The translations under genes and the position numbers were made by a program. A model generated the notes under the pieces. The model saw only the letters and a list, made by a program, of their open reading frames with translations. It was not told the origin of the DNA and did no database searches. 64,000 bases of DNA, taken from Raillietiella orientalis (taxonomy: Eukaryota). The first letter of the stretch is position 1. The number at the start of each line of letters is the position of its first letter. Below, piece by piece: positions 11,401 through 25,160 of the stretch. The DNA lies in the NCBI GenBank assembly GCA_036172245.1, contig JAYWIR010000001.1, positions 7,068,001 through 7,132,000 on the forward strand. Direction: 5' to 3'.

Positions 11401-14400
11401 ATATTCTATTCTATCCAAGTACCAAACTTTACAAAAATATATCTATTTCAGAAATCAAGTTAATCACACATTAGCTGAAATCCCAAATTAAATGAAATCA
11501 TTAAAATATACAACACATTAAATGTAGTCATACTGAGATACTTGATGAGAATTTAAAGACTTTTAAGTTTTTTTCAGCAAAACATCTTTTTTGCCTTTTC
11601 AGGATGAATGTTTGATCCTTCTAAAAAAACACTCGAACATTAGTTTCATTGTTTTTTTATAGTAAAAAAGGGGAGACTTCTCAACTGTGAATAATCTAAG
11701 TGTCATAGCTATTCTTTTGAATGCTCCTGAATTGAAGGAATTAATGTTACAACTCTTTCCTGAAAGAATCCAATTACTAATATTTCACATGTTCACAAGT
11801 ACATTTCTGCACATTCATTCTGTATAAGCTGGATCCGAAAATTGAGGTTCTTAAATCCTTTGTTCTTTATAATCAAAAAAGAACTCAATTAATTATTTCA
11901 AGGTATTTAATAAAATAATGCTGGGATATGTAAGTGAATATTTTCTTTAAAGCAATACATTTTAAAAGGTACATACATTTGTTATTAAACAAATAAAACT
12001 TCAATAAGTTTTGATTATTTTGATGAAAGGAATTTGATTGATTTGATTTTGGTTTTGTGCACAATTAAGACTGTAGGTGAGAATAAATTACACTGAAAAT
12101 TGAAGAACAATCTGTTAATTTCAAGGAATACTTAGAACAGCAAATAAAAACGCCTTTGAAATCGGCTTTCGGTAGTTTATTTGACATTACTATAATTGTT
12201 CAAAATGAGTGCCAAATCTTTATATATATTAAAACCTGGGAAATTAATGAGGAAGAAACAATGGGATACCTAACATTTCATTGCTTTTGTACTGATGTTA
12301 CAGGCACAGCTTGTGACAAGCTCAACTAATTTTGTGGAAACTTTTGATTAACTTGATTAGATTTTGAATTAAATGGAAACAATAATTAAACAGATTTAAC
12401 TTTAGATTTTACACAAACAAAATAGGTGATTCATATAAGGAAACCAGATTGAATTGGAATCCACTGATATTTTGCAAAGATGGAATGATTCTTTTCTAAA
12501 AATTAAACCAAACAATGAGCATCATAACAAATTAAATAGCCATTTGTAAGAAATGGATTGAAATCAAATATAAGGGCTCACCAAAAAGGGATCCCAAATT
12601 ACTAACAATAATCAAATTGAATGGATTAATCTTCACAATGTAAAAACTATTATTTGTTTGCATTTTGGCATCATTTGGAATAAGAAGTTTAAATTAAGCA
12701 CAACTCATAGTTTAAAACAAATACATATGCTGTATGTAAATACATGCAGGAACAGTGAAATGAACTTTTACAAAAAACTGAAAAAGCTAGCAGAGATTAC
12801 AATATGATTGATAGACTAAAAGTCACTCACATCTCATACACTATAGAAGGAAACAAACCATAAAATACAAAAGAACCACATAATTTAGTTGTCAGCAGTA
12901 TGTGGAGTAGTATGCTATGCACCAAAACTTACAAACTGTTGGAGAAATTAAACTGATTTCATGGGAGGATGCTATGTATAAAATATGAGCAAAGGAATGC
13001 AATATTGAAGGATGCTTTCCTTTTATTTTCCAAATATCTTAATTAAATGTGATACATTAATTACTGTACATATTTATATTTACTGACATTTTATTTGATT
13101 TGGATAGATATCATGTGCTGTAGATCTGTTACAATAAAATCTATCAATCTCTATTGTTGCCACTTGGCAATTTTTCACATCCTGAAATTCAGTTTTGGAA
13201 TACTTATTTCTGTAACTACTAAAAAACTGAATTTCATGTATACAAAAAAAAATACCTCATTTACAAGGAAACCTCATCTGTTTTTTTGTCTCTTTCTGTT
13301 TTTGTGCTATAACTTAAATTACACTGATGCAGTGAAACATCATGTTTTAGTATGGACAACATGGATTTAAAATGCAATTCTATAAACTTTTTTTTCAATT
13401 ACTATAATATTCCAGTTTTTAATTTAACACTTTTTACTATACTAGTTTATACTTTAAGGTTGTAAATGTTCATCTACTTATGGACATCACAAGTATTTAA
13501 CATCCTAAAAGCCCATGTAAACTTGATTCTGATGGAACAAAATTTGAACTACTAACTCAAAACAGAGTTAAATTAATAGTCAAGATTTAAACAACTTAAA
13601 ATCTAGACAAAAAAAATCTTGAAGTATGAATCATCTTACTTGGAAGGTAAAGACAATTTGATTAGCATTGATTTTGCTTTCAATAACAGATGAATCTGTA
13701 AGATCATTGACAATCTTACAACCTTTTCCTTGAGAAGAACGTGGATAAAACCATGCATCTAGATTTCCTTTAGGATCTGGATCAAGACACTTCTGACCAA
13801 GTATTGTCATTACATTTGAAGGAGCTGGGGCTACAAATAAAGCATTAAAGTTACATTACAATTTTAATAGTTTGGGAAATGAAAATTAAAGGAAAGAAAA
13901 CAGATGTGCTTAAAACTTTCGCCCACAGTCTTTTGAACATTTTAAAAAAATTGATATAGATATATCTTTCAAAAAAAATTTTTCACTATAACAATGTCCT
14001 ATTTATTTAATGCTATGAACAATTATATGTATAATTCATTAGTGCTTACTCATATGCCTTGGAAAAAAGGAAAGTTTTCCGATGATGACACAGAATTAAA
14101 GCAACTATAGACCTTAATTTCAGAGAAGAAAATTCCAGAGATGAGGAACGTAGCAAAAGGAGCAATTCCCATTGTTTAAAAAGCAATCAAGGCAGTGTTA
14201 CAAGCATCAAGCTAGAAAGAATTAAGTGTTTAGTTTTCATAGTAAGAAATCAAAAGAATGCTATCAAAGTTCAGTTCACAAATCATAATCATAACATTGC
14301 AACAACAATACTTCAGAAGCAAGCACTTACATAAAATTGCTCCTGGTTTGCAAAAAAAGTTCATTTTTTTAGATTAAAAAATCAAAACTTTTTATCTTTG

Positions 14401-15585
14401 ATACTTATTTTGTAATCAACCCTTGCTGTATAACAAAAACAAGCAATAAACATTGAAATTTATGATAATGAAAAAAATGAACATGTATTGCTAATCAAGA
14501 CACAGAATTGAAAGAACTTTTAAATGGCTTTAAAAATTTATAAAATTTAAATTACAGAAAGAAAAAAAATTGGGGTGTCAAAACTGATTAGAAACTACAT
14601 TTAAAACATGGATTTTAAAAATAAAGCACATAATAAATTGGAAAATAGTCGTTTAACATTAAAAAAAGCATGTGATTTACAACAATCTCTAAAGACATTC
14701 CTATATATGTGGATACAATATTTGCATTTAAATAACTACCTACATATCACAGGCACAACATGACTAAAAATTTCTGTTTATAATTAAACTAGGAATTAAT
14801 TACACGAAATGTATTTTCCAAGTAAAGTATTTAATCTGCAAGGTTTGCAGGGATGATAAGTGTTACAAGAATTTAAAACGGAACGTAGAAAACAAAACCC
14901 CTGCAAAAATTGGGTAAAGCAAACATAAGATTTCCTACATAAACTGGTCAATTAAATTTATGAGATAAACGGGAAAAAACTTCAATGTTTAATGATATAC
15001 AGTTTTACAGATGGAATGTTTTTAGTAAACACTTTATGTTCACACAAATATAACAAAAGTGAACCACTTCATGCACTAATTCCATATTACTGCAATAAAT
15101 CACGTCAAGAAATTCCACGATACTTTTCTTCCGGCATACTAAAGATAGTAACAGTATTTTTAATTTATGTTTACAAAATCTTACCGGTCTTATGAAAGTA
15201 TTTTTGCACATTAAGTTATTGAATAACAAACCACTATTCGTCCGACAATCATAATATACCAGAATCAGGTAAGAACGAACTGGTTCATTACTGAAATCAT
15301 ATAGCAAATCATATAGTTTGTGTTCCATTCTGAAGGGCTTATCAATCGAACGATTCACAAATCTACAAATGGCCTAACATTTAAGCATTTATGCAACTCG
15401 ACTAAACGAGTACCAACGTGATCCAAAATCACTCTTGCATTCTCTTTTTTTTGTAAGCACAATGAAAACAAAGTCATACCTATTAAACCTCCAATTAGAA
15501 AACAAGCTATTTGAGAGACTGCAAGAGTGGTCCCTAAAACCACGAGTTTTTTGCAGCTCAGGACTTCTAAAACAGTTCCTGGCAT
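8466..15585 (-). CDS. wls: Wntless (Wls/Evi/GPR177) Wnt cargo receptor, 11 coding exons: 15585-15480, 13830-13640, 10420-10315, 10261-10137, 9845-9690, 9643-9466, 9412-9285, 9240-9079, 9021-8878, 8832-8598, 8557-8466 (1623 nt, 540 aa)
   Basis: [14 protein letters not shown] start, [75 protein letters not shown] and [14 protein letters not shown]...YAPSHK. GT-AG junctions keep the frame. Confidence 0.96.
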
Positions 15586-18500
15586 TTTCAAGTTACAGCA
15601 TCCGGATCTTCACACACTTTCGATCAATTCTAACCGTTAACTGTTGACACTTTCGAAGATTCACCGCATCCAGATGTCTTCTCAGTGCAGTGATTGTGGT
15701 TCCACTCTCTCTTTTTATGATTCCCTGTGATTTGGTGTTTTGCTACAAATGTAAAGAAACCTAAAAGTACAGCCATTTATAAACAATCAAAGCAAAGTAA
15801 TCTTTGCTTTCAAAAAGACATTTTTCATTTCAACAGGAATGGTGTTGAAGGTGTCCAATCAAGCACCTTGATTAACCAAATCAATTCTGTTTCGAATGAA
15901 CATCGCGTTGCGATTTCACGTGAATAATTTTCATCCACATCAAAATTTTTCGAGAACATTCCACTCAACTCGACAGCAGCTGTATAAAGGTGACCAACGA
16001 AAATTATGCTACGACTGTTAGGATGAAAATTCGAAGGACGTTCCTCCGTGGTACTCATCGTTTTCCGTGCAGTCTTTTTACTTGTGCTACGTATCCAGGG
16101 AACGCGGAAGACGAAACATCTGTTTCTCATGAGGGTTTATTGCAAACAGCAAGGAACGAAAATTTCTGTGGTCAAAACTCGAAGAGCACACTGGACTTTC
16201 GTAAACATGCACTGCAACCGTTATCTGACTTTTCGAATATCCGTTTATTTGTATTCGCAACTTCGTTGGTCCAAAATTTGTACAAAAAAACACATACAGT
16301 AAATCAACGTCTACTTTAAATATACCAGAGGCGTACTCCGGAGTTTTCTACGACATGCAAAGTCGTCAAAAATTAATGCTATCTCAGCAGAAGCTGTAAT
16401 TGGTTTCACTCTGTCTCTTAATTTTTCCATCAGCCAGGCGAGTGATTTTTGGATAATTCAAGCGTAATTGAAGTCCACGAGTATTTCCAGCCACCTATTT
16501 AAACAAAATGCTGCTCATTCAATACATTCCCTTCAACCCGTCCACTAGGAAACTCAATCGGAATCACCGACTAAGTGAATTCCCCTTTCTTCAAAGCAAG
16601 CATTAAGTCTGCCTTGCTTATGGGCACAGTCAGATTTCTCAAAAACGTTGCGGCTACGAACAACTCAGGACCTACTCTAACTTATTATAAAAAAGCATTT
16701 CATAATTTTTCGATGATGGGAGATTCCAGTCACAAAAACTCTCAAGTCAAATTTACTTGGAAATTACTACTAAATTACTTCCCGAGATATGCAATCTATT
16801 AATTGATTCTTTGCTGTATTTACATTTCTTTCTAGGTAATGTAAAATTATATATCATATTTATAACAAGGAAGTGGTACGCATACAAACATCAGGAAGCG
16901 CTACATGGCATAAAGAATCTGTTACTTTCAGTAGTCTTTCAAAAATGAAAGTTCTTGACTTTCATCGAGCCGTTTAACAAACGTTTTGTCCAAACACTTT
17001 TATCAGTACTTTGTAAGAACCTGGAAGCCTAAAACCTAAGTGAAAGATCCTAGATTAACTATTCATGGAAGAGGATCTGTGGAGCCAACAGTCACATTCT
17101 AGCAAGTTTGCTTCAGACAATCTTCTTTTTGTAACAGTGCTGATACAATTAAGGTGCGAATAAATCACACATTAATTGAAAATACAAATTCATGCTCTTT
17201 TTTTTTTTTTTACTTGGACGCCAGAATATTTTACAGCTCCTATATTTCTTCAAACCATTTTCTTTGCATCCAGTAGTTCTTTCCTTCTCGTATTTTTTCA
17301 TTTTTTCGGAATTTTAATTAACACTTGATGTTATCACTCCAGCATGTTCTCATATTTCAATACTGAAACCTACGTTTTCTTTGATTAGTTTACAAAAAAT
17401 AAATATATGTATTTGCAATATGGAGACTGGCCTTTGAAAATTAGTTACCTATCAAGTAGGATCAGTAAAGGTATTTCACAGCATCGCCATTTGCCAGAGT
17501 ATGTTGATTCCAAACTGAATGAAGTTTCTGTCGTTTTTTTTTTTTTTTTTTGATACCATATACGACGACCATCCTAACATGTCCATTTTCTGAAGTAGTT
17601 GCACACTTGAACAAACCAATTATTTATACCTGCTATTTATTCTTTTTGGTAAAAATCGATAAAGCGCCAGCAATCACATTTGATGTTTTCTCTTGTAAAG
17701 AAAGCTTTCTTTGTTTATGCAATTAGATTACAAATTTGTTTCCCAATAAAGGCTGATTTTCTTATCAGACCAAGGCCATTGATAAAAAGAATCATTTTTC
17801 TCCAATAAATCTGTCACAGAGAAGGGACTGTTGAAACTTTTGTCGTTCGTGGACAATGTAGCGTGCTTTTAAATGCCCGTAAAGACATCTTCAATGCCAT
17901 TCCGCCGTAAGATGAGATTTCTTTATTAATGTTCTCACTTCACTATACTAAGGTTCACTAAAATTCCAATGATTTGTTGGAAGCGTTGACGAAAGTAATG
18001 CTGTATTAGTCGATGTTTTCGATACCGAGTGGACAAACCATACCAATTTGTAGTTCCTTTGACTAACTTGAGGCTTGAAAATTTTCCGTGTCGTCATGGA
18101 GAAGTGAAAGAGCTTATTCCAGAAACTAATTCAAAGTAGCAGACTAGTGGCTCTATCTTGACTGATATTTTCTTCTAAACAAACTCTAATAAAAAATCAG
18201 CAATTTTTTTTTAATAATCAGAGGCATCTGATAAGAGTCCACCCATTTAGAAGAGACATGAAATGATCAGTTTTCTGAGACTGAGGGATCTATAATTCTG
18301 GCCGATTCAAAGTGAGTCTAACTTGAGTATCAGCCGAAAAAAATAAAACTTTAGCAATTATATAATGTAGGTATTTTCAGTTTGAGTGTAAACCAGAGGA
18401 ATTTAGTTTAGATTCGTTTCCGAAAGGGGAATAAAAGTTCAATTTTTAGTAATTCAGTCCCGATATCGGTTCCACAGGAAACATCGAGATTCCTGTACGC

Positions 18501-21500
18501 GGTGAACCTGGATGAGAACACTGTGTGCATTCCGTAACCATGGAGAGAATCTCGAAGAGTATCAGTTCACGTAATCTGAAGAGTGGGGAAACTGAAAGCT
18601 GTACCTATTCAACTTCCAAAAGCAGTCTTTGTCTGCAAAGATGGTGAAGATGCTAAATAGCAGACATCACAAATCGTATGGCATTGAAAACGATGCAATT
18701 TACATTTTACCTGCTTCGGCTTCACTCAATCGATTGGATAGAAACAAGAAAAAAGAACCTGTGGTGCTATTCTTTCTCAAATTTTTCTGTGGATTCTTCC
18801 GAAACACTTGTAGAGTGTTTCCCGAGATTAACGTGCGTTACTTATTAAATCAAGGAATTTCTGAAGTTTCTTATTTCTTTTTTTTTTCCTTCTAGCAATC
18901 AGAGTATGTTGCAAGCGTGTGGGATATTAGATGTAGCGTGCAAACGTTAATTAATGATACGGAAGAAGAAGAAGAAAATCTATGAATTTGGGTCGTTCTC
19001 CACTTTCGTTGCTACGGTAGCATGACTGGAAGCCACTTGAAAAAAAGATTCAATCATGCAAAGATTCCATCAGAGAACCAAAGTGTCCATATCGTCTGGT
19101 GCATTTCAAAACATACGTAGTCGTCTATATCCAAACGGTCGTTATAGCGATGAAAATTATGCTTGTAACCTTTGGCAATAAGAACCTTGAAGCTGTCTGA
19201 GATCACTAAGGAAAGTTCGAGAAGTCATACGAGAAGAATACAGATGCAAAAAATAACAACACAGTGAAGAACGGAGTGGGAACAAACAGAAATGACGAAT
19301 AATATGTATTTCTCATATGAAATGGTCGTGAATGATTTAGAAAGACAAATCATAACAACGTGAATCTCAGTGCTTTTTTCCTCTGAATGCGTCTGCCTAC
19401 CTTTTAAAAATCTATTGTCTGATCTTAAACATATTGTAAGACGATGTGTGTTGCAAATCACCGAGCAGAGGAAAGGAAGCTTTGGATAATTTCCTATAAG
19501 CGTAAATTCAATGCATCATGCCCAACATCATAATTAATTTTGTTTTAAGAAAACACAGAGCGAATTAAACATCTTAAAGCATCTTTTAAAGTAAGCACTT
19601 CTTCGCTATCAAGATCGCCAATGCGATTAATGTTGGAAAGTACAAAATTTTGCCGTACAGGAACGCGGAATGCCAGTTGTTTGTGATGAATAGAAAACCA
19701 AAACTCACAACAAAATGGTCAAGGGGTTTGCAATGATCCAGAATTGTTGTTGACAGTGGGAAGAAATCAGAATCCTGTCCGAATCCGTCAGTGACCCAAT
19801 CATGACCTAAGTGAAGGAAAAATGAGGAATGCGGCACTTTCGATGCGTTTCAGAGCAACCGAAAATGGCCAAAATTCGCAGACCGAAAGCATCGGAAAAG
19901 CTCCCTCGGGGTCCGCCGACGCGCGCTCGATATTTTGGATGCTGAACGTGGCCAACTCGAAGTCCTCCTCTGGCGAGTGGTCTCCTTTGAGATCCCATTC
20001 CCAAGCTCATGAATTCATACCATGGTACGGACCATCCCTCCTTAATGGCACTTCGAACTAAGTGCTGTCGTTCATTCACATTATCTCTTTACCAAAAGTG
20101 CTTGCACAGACTCTGTAATTATGCTATTTTCTTGCTTTCTCCGTTTCGTGCATGAAAAGTTACACACAATTGGTGAAACATGTCAGCTGATGAGAAATTC
20201 CCTTAATTGGTTGACTTGGAAATATAGAAGAGTAAAATGAAATTCACGATAGACTGGCGGAAGAACATATTTTTACTCCTAGTGGCCAAGGCCTTGGAAC
20301 TTTCTAATTGGCCCGCCAGATGCTGGAAACTATTATCTTGTGTTTGCCGATTTCGTTTTATGAGACCCCAGATTAATACCAGAACAGACTAAAAATTCTG
20401 AATGTTTCGATCATCCAAAAACCACGAGGCTACAACTTGTCTGTGGATGCCAGCGTGGCATGTCATCATCTGCACTTCCCCAAGGCAGATTCCGCAAAGC
20501 GTGACTGCAAACGTGCTGCAGATTCCCGAAGATACCTTCCAAAAAAAAAAAGTCTTATTCAGGGATGACCGAAATAAAAAAGGTGTGGGGGTCAGAGCTG
20601 GGAGAAAAGAACAGGCGCCTGAAGTTGCGACGGCTGATGGGTCCAGAACTTCGGCGTGAAAATGGAATCGCTGCGTGCGGATGCTATCCAAGGAAGGTCG
20701 GAAGATTCCAGCGGGAGAAACGCGTGGCTCACGGTGGATGCAGCCGAAGAACTCTGGTTGCGCAGAAACCTGGGAAAGAATTCAGAGGGATCAAGGTTCG
20801 AGTAGTCGAATTCTCAAATGCAGGGAAAGTTGGACCCTGCTGTATTCGACGTCCGTTCTTTCCCTTACGCGAGCGAAAAGTACGAAGGGAACCGACTAAA
20901 ATGGTGGGGCAGGATGCTGCTTCATGGCGCGAAAAGGGAAGCCGCCGACAGAAACAGAGCGCTTCTGCCACTGCATCCTCGTTTCTGGAAACGCCGCTCG
21001 TGCCTCGAAAACTAGTTTCGGCTATGCCACCCCTGTTGCTCACAAACAAATGGAACCTCCGTTCGCCGATGCAATTACGCCTGCCTGGAATTATAAGATG
21101 AGCTCTTTCGGAGAGGTGGAGCTCCACGTGGATGCACAGCAGATCCGCAGTTCCCTTGAATTACGAGCCGGACGACGTTCGTGCGTCCGATGAAGGTGTG
21201 CTCCGTGTGTGCACGCGCACAGTGCAGGCGGCACGCAGACGTGGCACGACTCACTCACTCCCCCGGCGGACGCGAACGCACACTGCCTGGGAACCTCAGG
21301 TTCCATTCGTTCGGACGAGGGCAGGAAAGCATCTGAGCCCCTCAATTGCAAAAGGGGAGCTCGGTCTCTTGGGAGCGGACGGAAACCCCCTGATTGCAGA
21401 TGTCAGTGATCGCACATTTTGGGGGGTGCAGGAGCTCTTCGCCTCGGCTCGCTGCCGGTTCGTTTCTGCCACGAGTAGCTCCGGTTCTCATGCAGCCGCG

Positions 21501-22399
21501 AAATCTGAGGAGATCGGGAGTATCCCAGGGCGCCCAATGGCGCAAAAATGCCCTGCTGCGGAAAGTCCTCGGGAAAGAGAGAAAAAGGAGTGATTCAGAG
21601 GGTCTCTCGGGGCAACCGCCGACAGACAGACTTGAGGGACCGAAGCCTATGACGTGGCCGCTCGATACAGTTTACGGCAGGGACTGCCGAAGAAGAATGG
21701 AGCGATGCGTCCGTCGAAGGGACTTTGAGATATGCTCCCGGGCGTGAGTCGCGGTGCACCTCGAAGAGGTTCAGTGCCGACAAAAGACGGGAGGAAAGAA
21801 AGTACGCGTGCGAGCACAGACCTTCCTTCTTGAAGGTCTGGACCGGCAAAGAACATTCGAACTCGAGAAATGCTGCGGGACAGTCGATACCACCGACGGC
21901 AATAGAGAATCTAGTGCTCCTCCTCGCGGAATCTTTCGAGGAACGAGTCCAGACGGGAATTGTCTAGGGGGGTTTGCACCCCTCCCAGAACGCGGGGAGC
22001 ACATTGAACCTCTTCTCGGACTACTAGGGTGCACCAGGCGATCGGATTCTCTGATTGCTGCCAGGACCTTTGTGAGTTCGGGCGATTGACAGCACCGTGA
22101 GGTCGCCCACTGAGGAACGTTCGTTGCCACGGGCAACGAGGAGGGAAGTCTTGAAAGCCGGCAGTGATGAAACGAGGAAGATGGCTGCTGCTCGATCCCA
22201 ATGTCGGCGCGGCCATAAAAACAATTCCGGTCCGAATTCTTCAGATCTTAGTCTGGCGTCCTCGTTGTGACCAACCATGTAAAGTGCACTAAACACCCGA
22301 CGTGATGAGGGGGGCCAAGGATGTGGAGGAGAGAGGGGGTAGGGGAAGGGAGGGAAGGGAAGGGAAGGGAATCTTCGGAAACCCCAAATCGGCCTTTCC

Positions 22400-23100
22400 A
22401 ACCTCCTCGGCGAGGTATCTCGGCGTCAACGACTGACCACCGATTCCCGAGTAGAGGAAACCGCGGTACCGTGCATCCTCCACCCTGAGAGAGTGGATCA
22501 GACGGAGCTTCGGCAGAGGACGACTCACTCAGTGTGGTCCAGAGGATGCCGCTGCTGCCATGATCATCGGCTGCCTCGACTTATCGGCATACGGCGGAAG
22601 GAAGGATGCCCAGACCTAGCGCAGCATTCCATCATTCTGGGGACCCCCTCGACGAGTCCATCACGAGCGTCCGGGTGGGGGCTTGGATTCTAGATGAGGA
22701 AAGGAGGAGGGCAACCTCCCCGAGGCAGTTTCCTTCCTTTTTCCTGTGAAACTGCTGCTGAAAGTTTTCCAAAAAAAAGAAAAAGACGGACCAAGGTGGT
22801 GAGATTTTCGTCGAAGTCGGCTGCGATGACGCAGTTCTCCCGACGAAGCTACGAACAGTGTGTTAAATGGACGCCCGAAATAGAGTGGGTTTGGGGACGC
22901 TAATGCCCGCGTTCCCAGATCCACTCTCCCACGGGGTCGGGACCCGAAGGATTACAATCGAGATTCGAGTGACTCCTGGTCGTCCAATGGGGAGAGATTC
23001 TTTTGCGAGCGCTTGGGTCTTAGCGGACGAAGCAGAAAGCTCTTCCTGGAGGAAGGTGATTAGGCAGGAGTCGAGTGGACGTGCTATTGCGGGTGGCGAC
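22400..23100 (-). mobile_element. Degenerate LINE apurinic endonuclease (APE) fragment
   Basis: Minus-strand CVIAADFDE (GDFN-like, about 22826-22810) followed at plausible spacing by ADDHG (SDH-like, about 22560); frames are broken. Confidence 0.35.
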
Positions 23101-23249
23101 CGAGGCAACGTGCCGCTCTCCAGCCCCAGCAGGCCTTCCTGCGGACATCTGGGAGGCTGGAAGAGGCAATACCCATGGGAACGCGTCTAGAGAGGCGCGT
23201 CCGATACTTCGCCGGACACGCCGTCTCCCCTAGGACCTCCTGAAAAGGG

Positions 23250-23950
23250 GGGGATGCTCCTGCTTCTTTGCGCCCCTATCGATCGCCTCTTGTCAACCAC
23301 TGTCCACGTACGGCAGAGGCAGTGGTCCGGTACGAGCGGAGGAGGCTCGCTGCCCCATCAGGTGCCCCTCCTCGGTCGCAGTTGCACTGACGCGAAGAAC
23401 ACAGGAGTGGTCTTGGGATGCCGCTCTGCTGGCAATATGGTCGTTCCCAGGACAGCAGCCGACGGGCGTGGGGAACAGAAACCTGTGGCACGACATTTCG
23501 AAAGACAAGGACTGCTGAGGCTGGACAGACCGCTTAGTCCTCTCGCAGAGCAGCTGGTGGTTTCCTCCACCGGTTGCACCAGACGTGCGACGCACGCCGG
23601 AACTTCTTATCGGGAGGACGTCCTCAGCACTCTTGGCACTCAACCGACGACTCAGTGGCTGCTAGCGGGAAGAGAAGGGGAGGGAGTGAGGAATCCCAGC
23701 AGCCCTTTCTGGGCCCAGGGAGGCTCATCGGGATCGTCTTGGTGCGTTCTTCAGGAGGAAGAGGAGAAGGAAGTGGATCTACCGGGGGCGCGAGCGCGAC
23801 CGCGGTTCCATCTCGCGGAGGTCACTTCCAAGTCCGGCTCCGCTTCCGCAGCGTCTCGGACTCTGCAACAGCACCTCGGGGCGGCCGATCGGCGTCCATC
23901 TCAAGTCGGGCTGGCAAGTTTTGGCTGCTTGGGGGCGTGCGCGAACCGGT
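23250..23950 (+). mobile_element. Possible degenerate LINE APE fragment
   Basis: ORF 23254-24009 has RPRFHL and ADRRP in the order expected for the RID and SDH-P motifs; weak. Confidence 0.25.
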
Positions 23951-24199
23951 CGCTGTATGCTTTCCCGCGCATTCGCCGATCGTTCCCCCACTTCCGGAGG
24001 CTAAGTTAGGGAAATCTCTGGGTAGGAGGTCGTTCCATTCAGGGATTCCTTGTTTCCTGTGGGAGAAGGTTCGCGGAAGCTGGAAGGAGAAGATTCCTTT
24101 CTTTTCTTTTCTCCTCCCCCTCCTTTCTCCGAGGAGTGGGTGGACGGCGCCGAGCGGATGAACGGGACGAACTACACATGACGTCACGGAGGCGGGAAA

Positions 24200-25160
24200 A
24201 TCCTGGGTTCATTCGCATCTGGCATCCGGAGTCGGAACGCGCGCGAGAGAGGGGGACGGTGGGAGGAGGGAAGGAAGAGCAACGGAAAAATGCCGCACGC
24301 CTTCTTCCGCCTCTTCCGCTAAACGTCCGGGGTATTGGAAGGGATTTGCCGGTGCCAAGGAACGAAATGGCCGCAGCCTCGGTCTGCATCCCGCGCTTCT
24401 CGGACGCTCGAGAATCTCCCCTGGAAGAAGAAGCAGGTACTGGATGCCGGCGGTGCAATAAGCTAGGCCGCAGCTTCCCTGCGCGTTTCTTTGGAAATCT
24501 TCTCCGGACCAAAGGGGAAGGAAAAGTCCGGAGCTTTGCGCTGAACGGGTTGAGAAAAAAAGCGCGCTGATCTCCATGCACGGCGAGCGCGCCGTCGTAA
24601 TCAGGAAGGATCTGAAGCTGCGCGCGCACGCGAGGACGATGTTGAAAGACTCGCACGGGATGTAGCCGCCTCTGCATCTCAATCTGCCGACCGCAGGATG
24701 TGCCTCATCCCTGCTTCCTAAAGAAACTGCGGTTCGCGGCGACCGCCGGTCCACCGCCTCGACGCGCGGAGAGAGCGAGCTCCGAGAGAACTCGCTCCGT
24801 CCGGTGCGCCGAAGACGACCACCTTCCGAGGCGAGGAGGAGGCGGCAGGAGAAGACCACCACGCCTTGAGCTGGTGATCCCCGGATGCGACTCGGCAGCA
24901 GAGTCGCGGAGAGATAGTCCGGGAGACCGATGGGGGGTGGGCTGCTGTCGACTGGGAGCTCCCGGAGCGGAAGTGCCCGAGATACCCTGCGGCCGGAGTT
25001 CGTTCCACACGTTTCTTCCCGCGTCCGCCTCGGCGCTGCTGTTGCGGGGCCTGCGGTCGGAAGTCGAGACGGAAGGCGAGACTCGCGGAGGGCGCAGCAA
25101 CACGTGCGCGCGGATCTCTGCTGGCTGCTCGCAGCGGAGGAGCCGTCTCGCTCGCTCCTC
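24200..25160 (-). mobile_element. Degenerate LINE fragment (APE-like), loosely similar to 45470-45930
   Basis: ORF 24039-24677 has FFLNPFSA (NxYAP-like) and RGDSR (GDFN-like). Patchy nucleotide similarity to 45470-45930, e.g. cacacgtttcttcccgcgtccgcctc vs cacacctccttccctgcgcgcgcctc. Confidence 0.3.

Noticed and set aside
18629-18895. ORF with HKSYG and CGFFRNT resembling a nuclear-receptor zinc finger
   Set aside because: Cysteine spacing is wrong and no consistent exon structure was found
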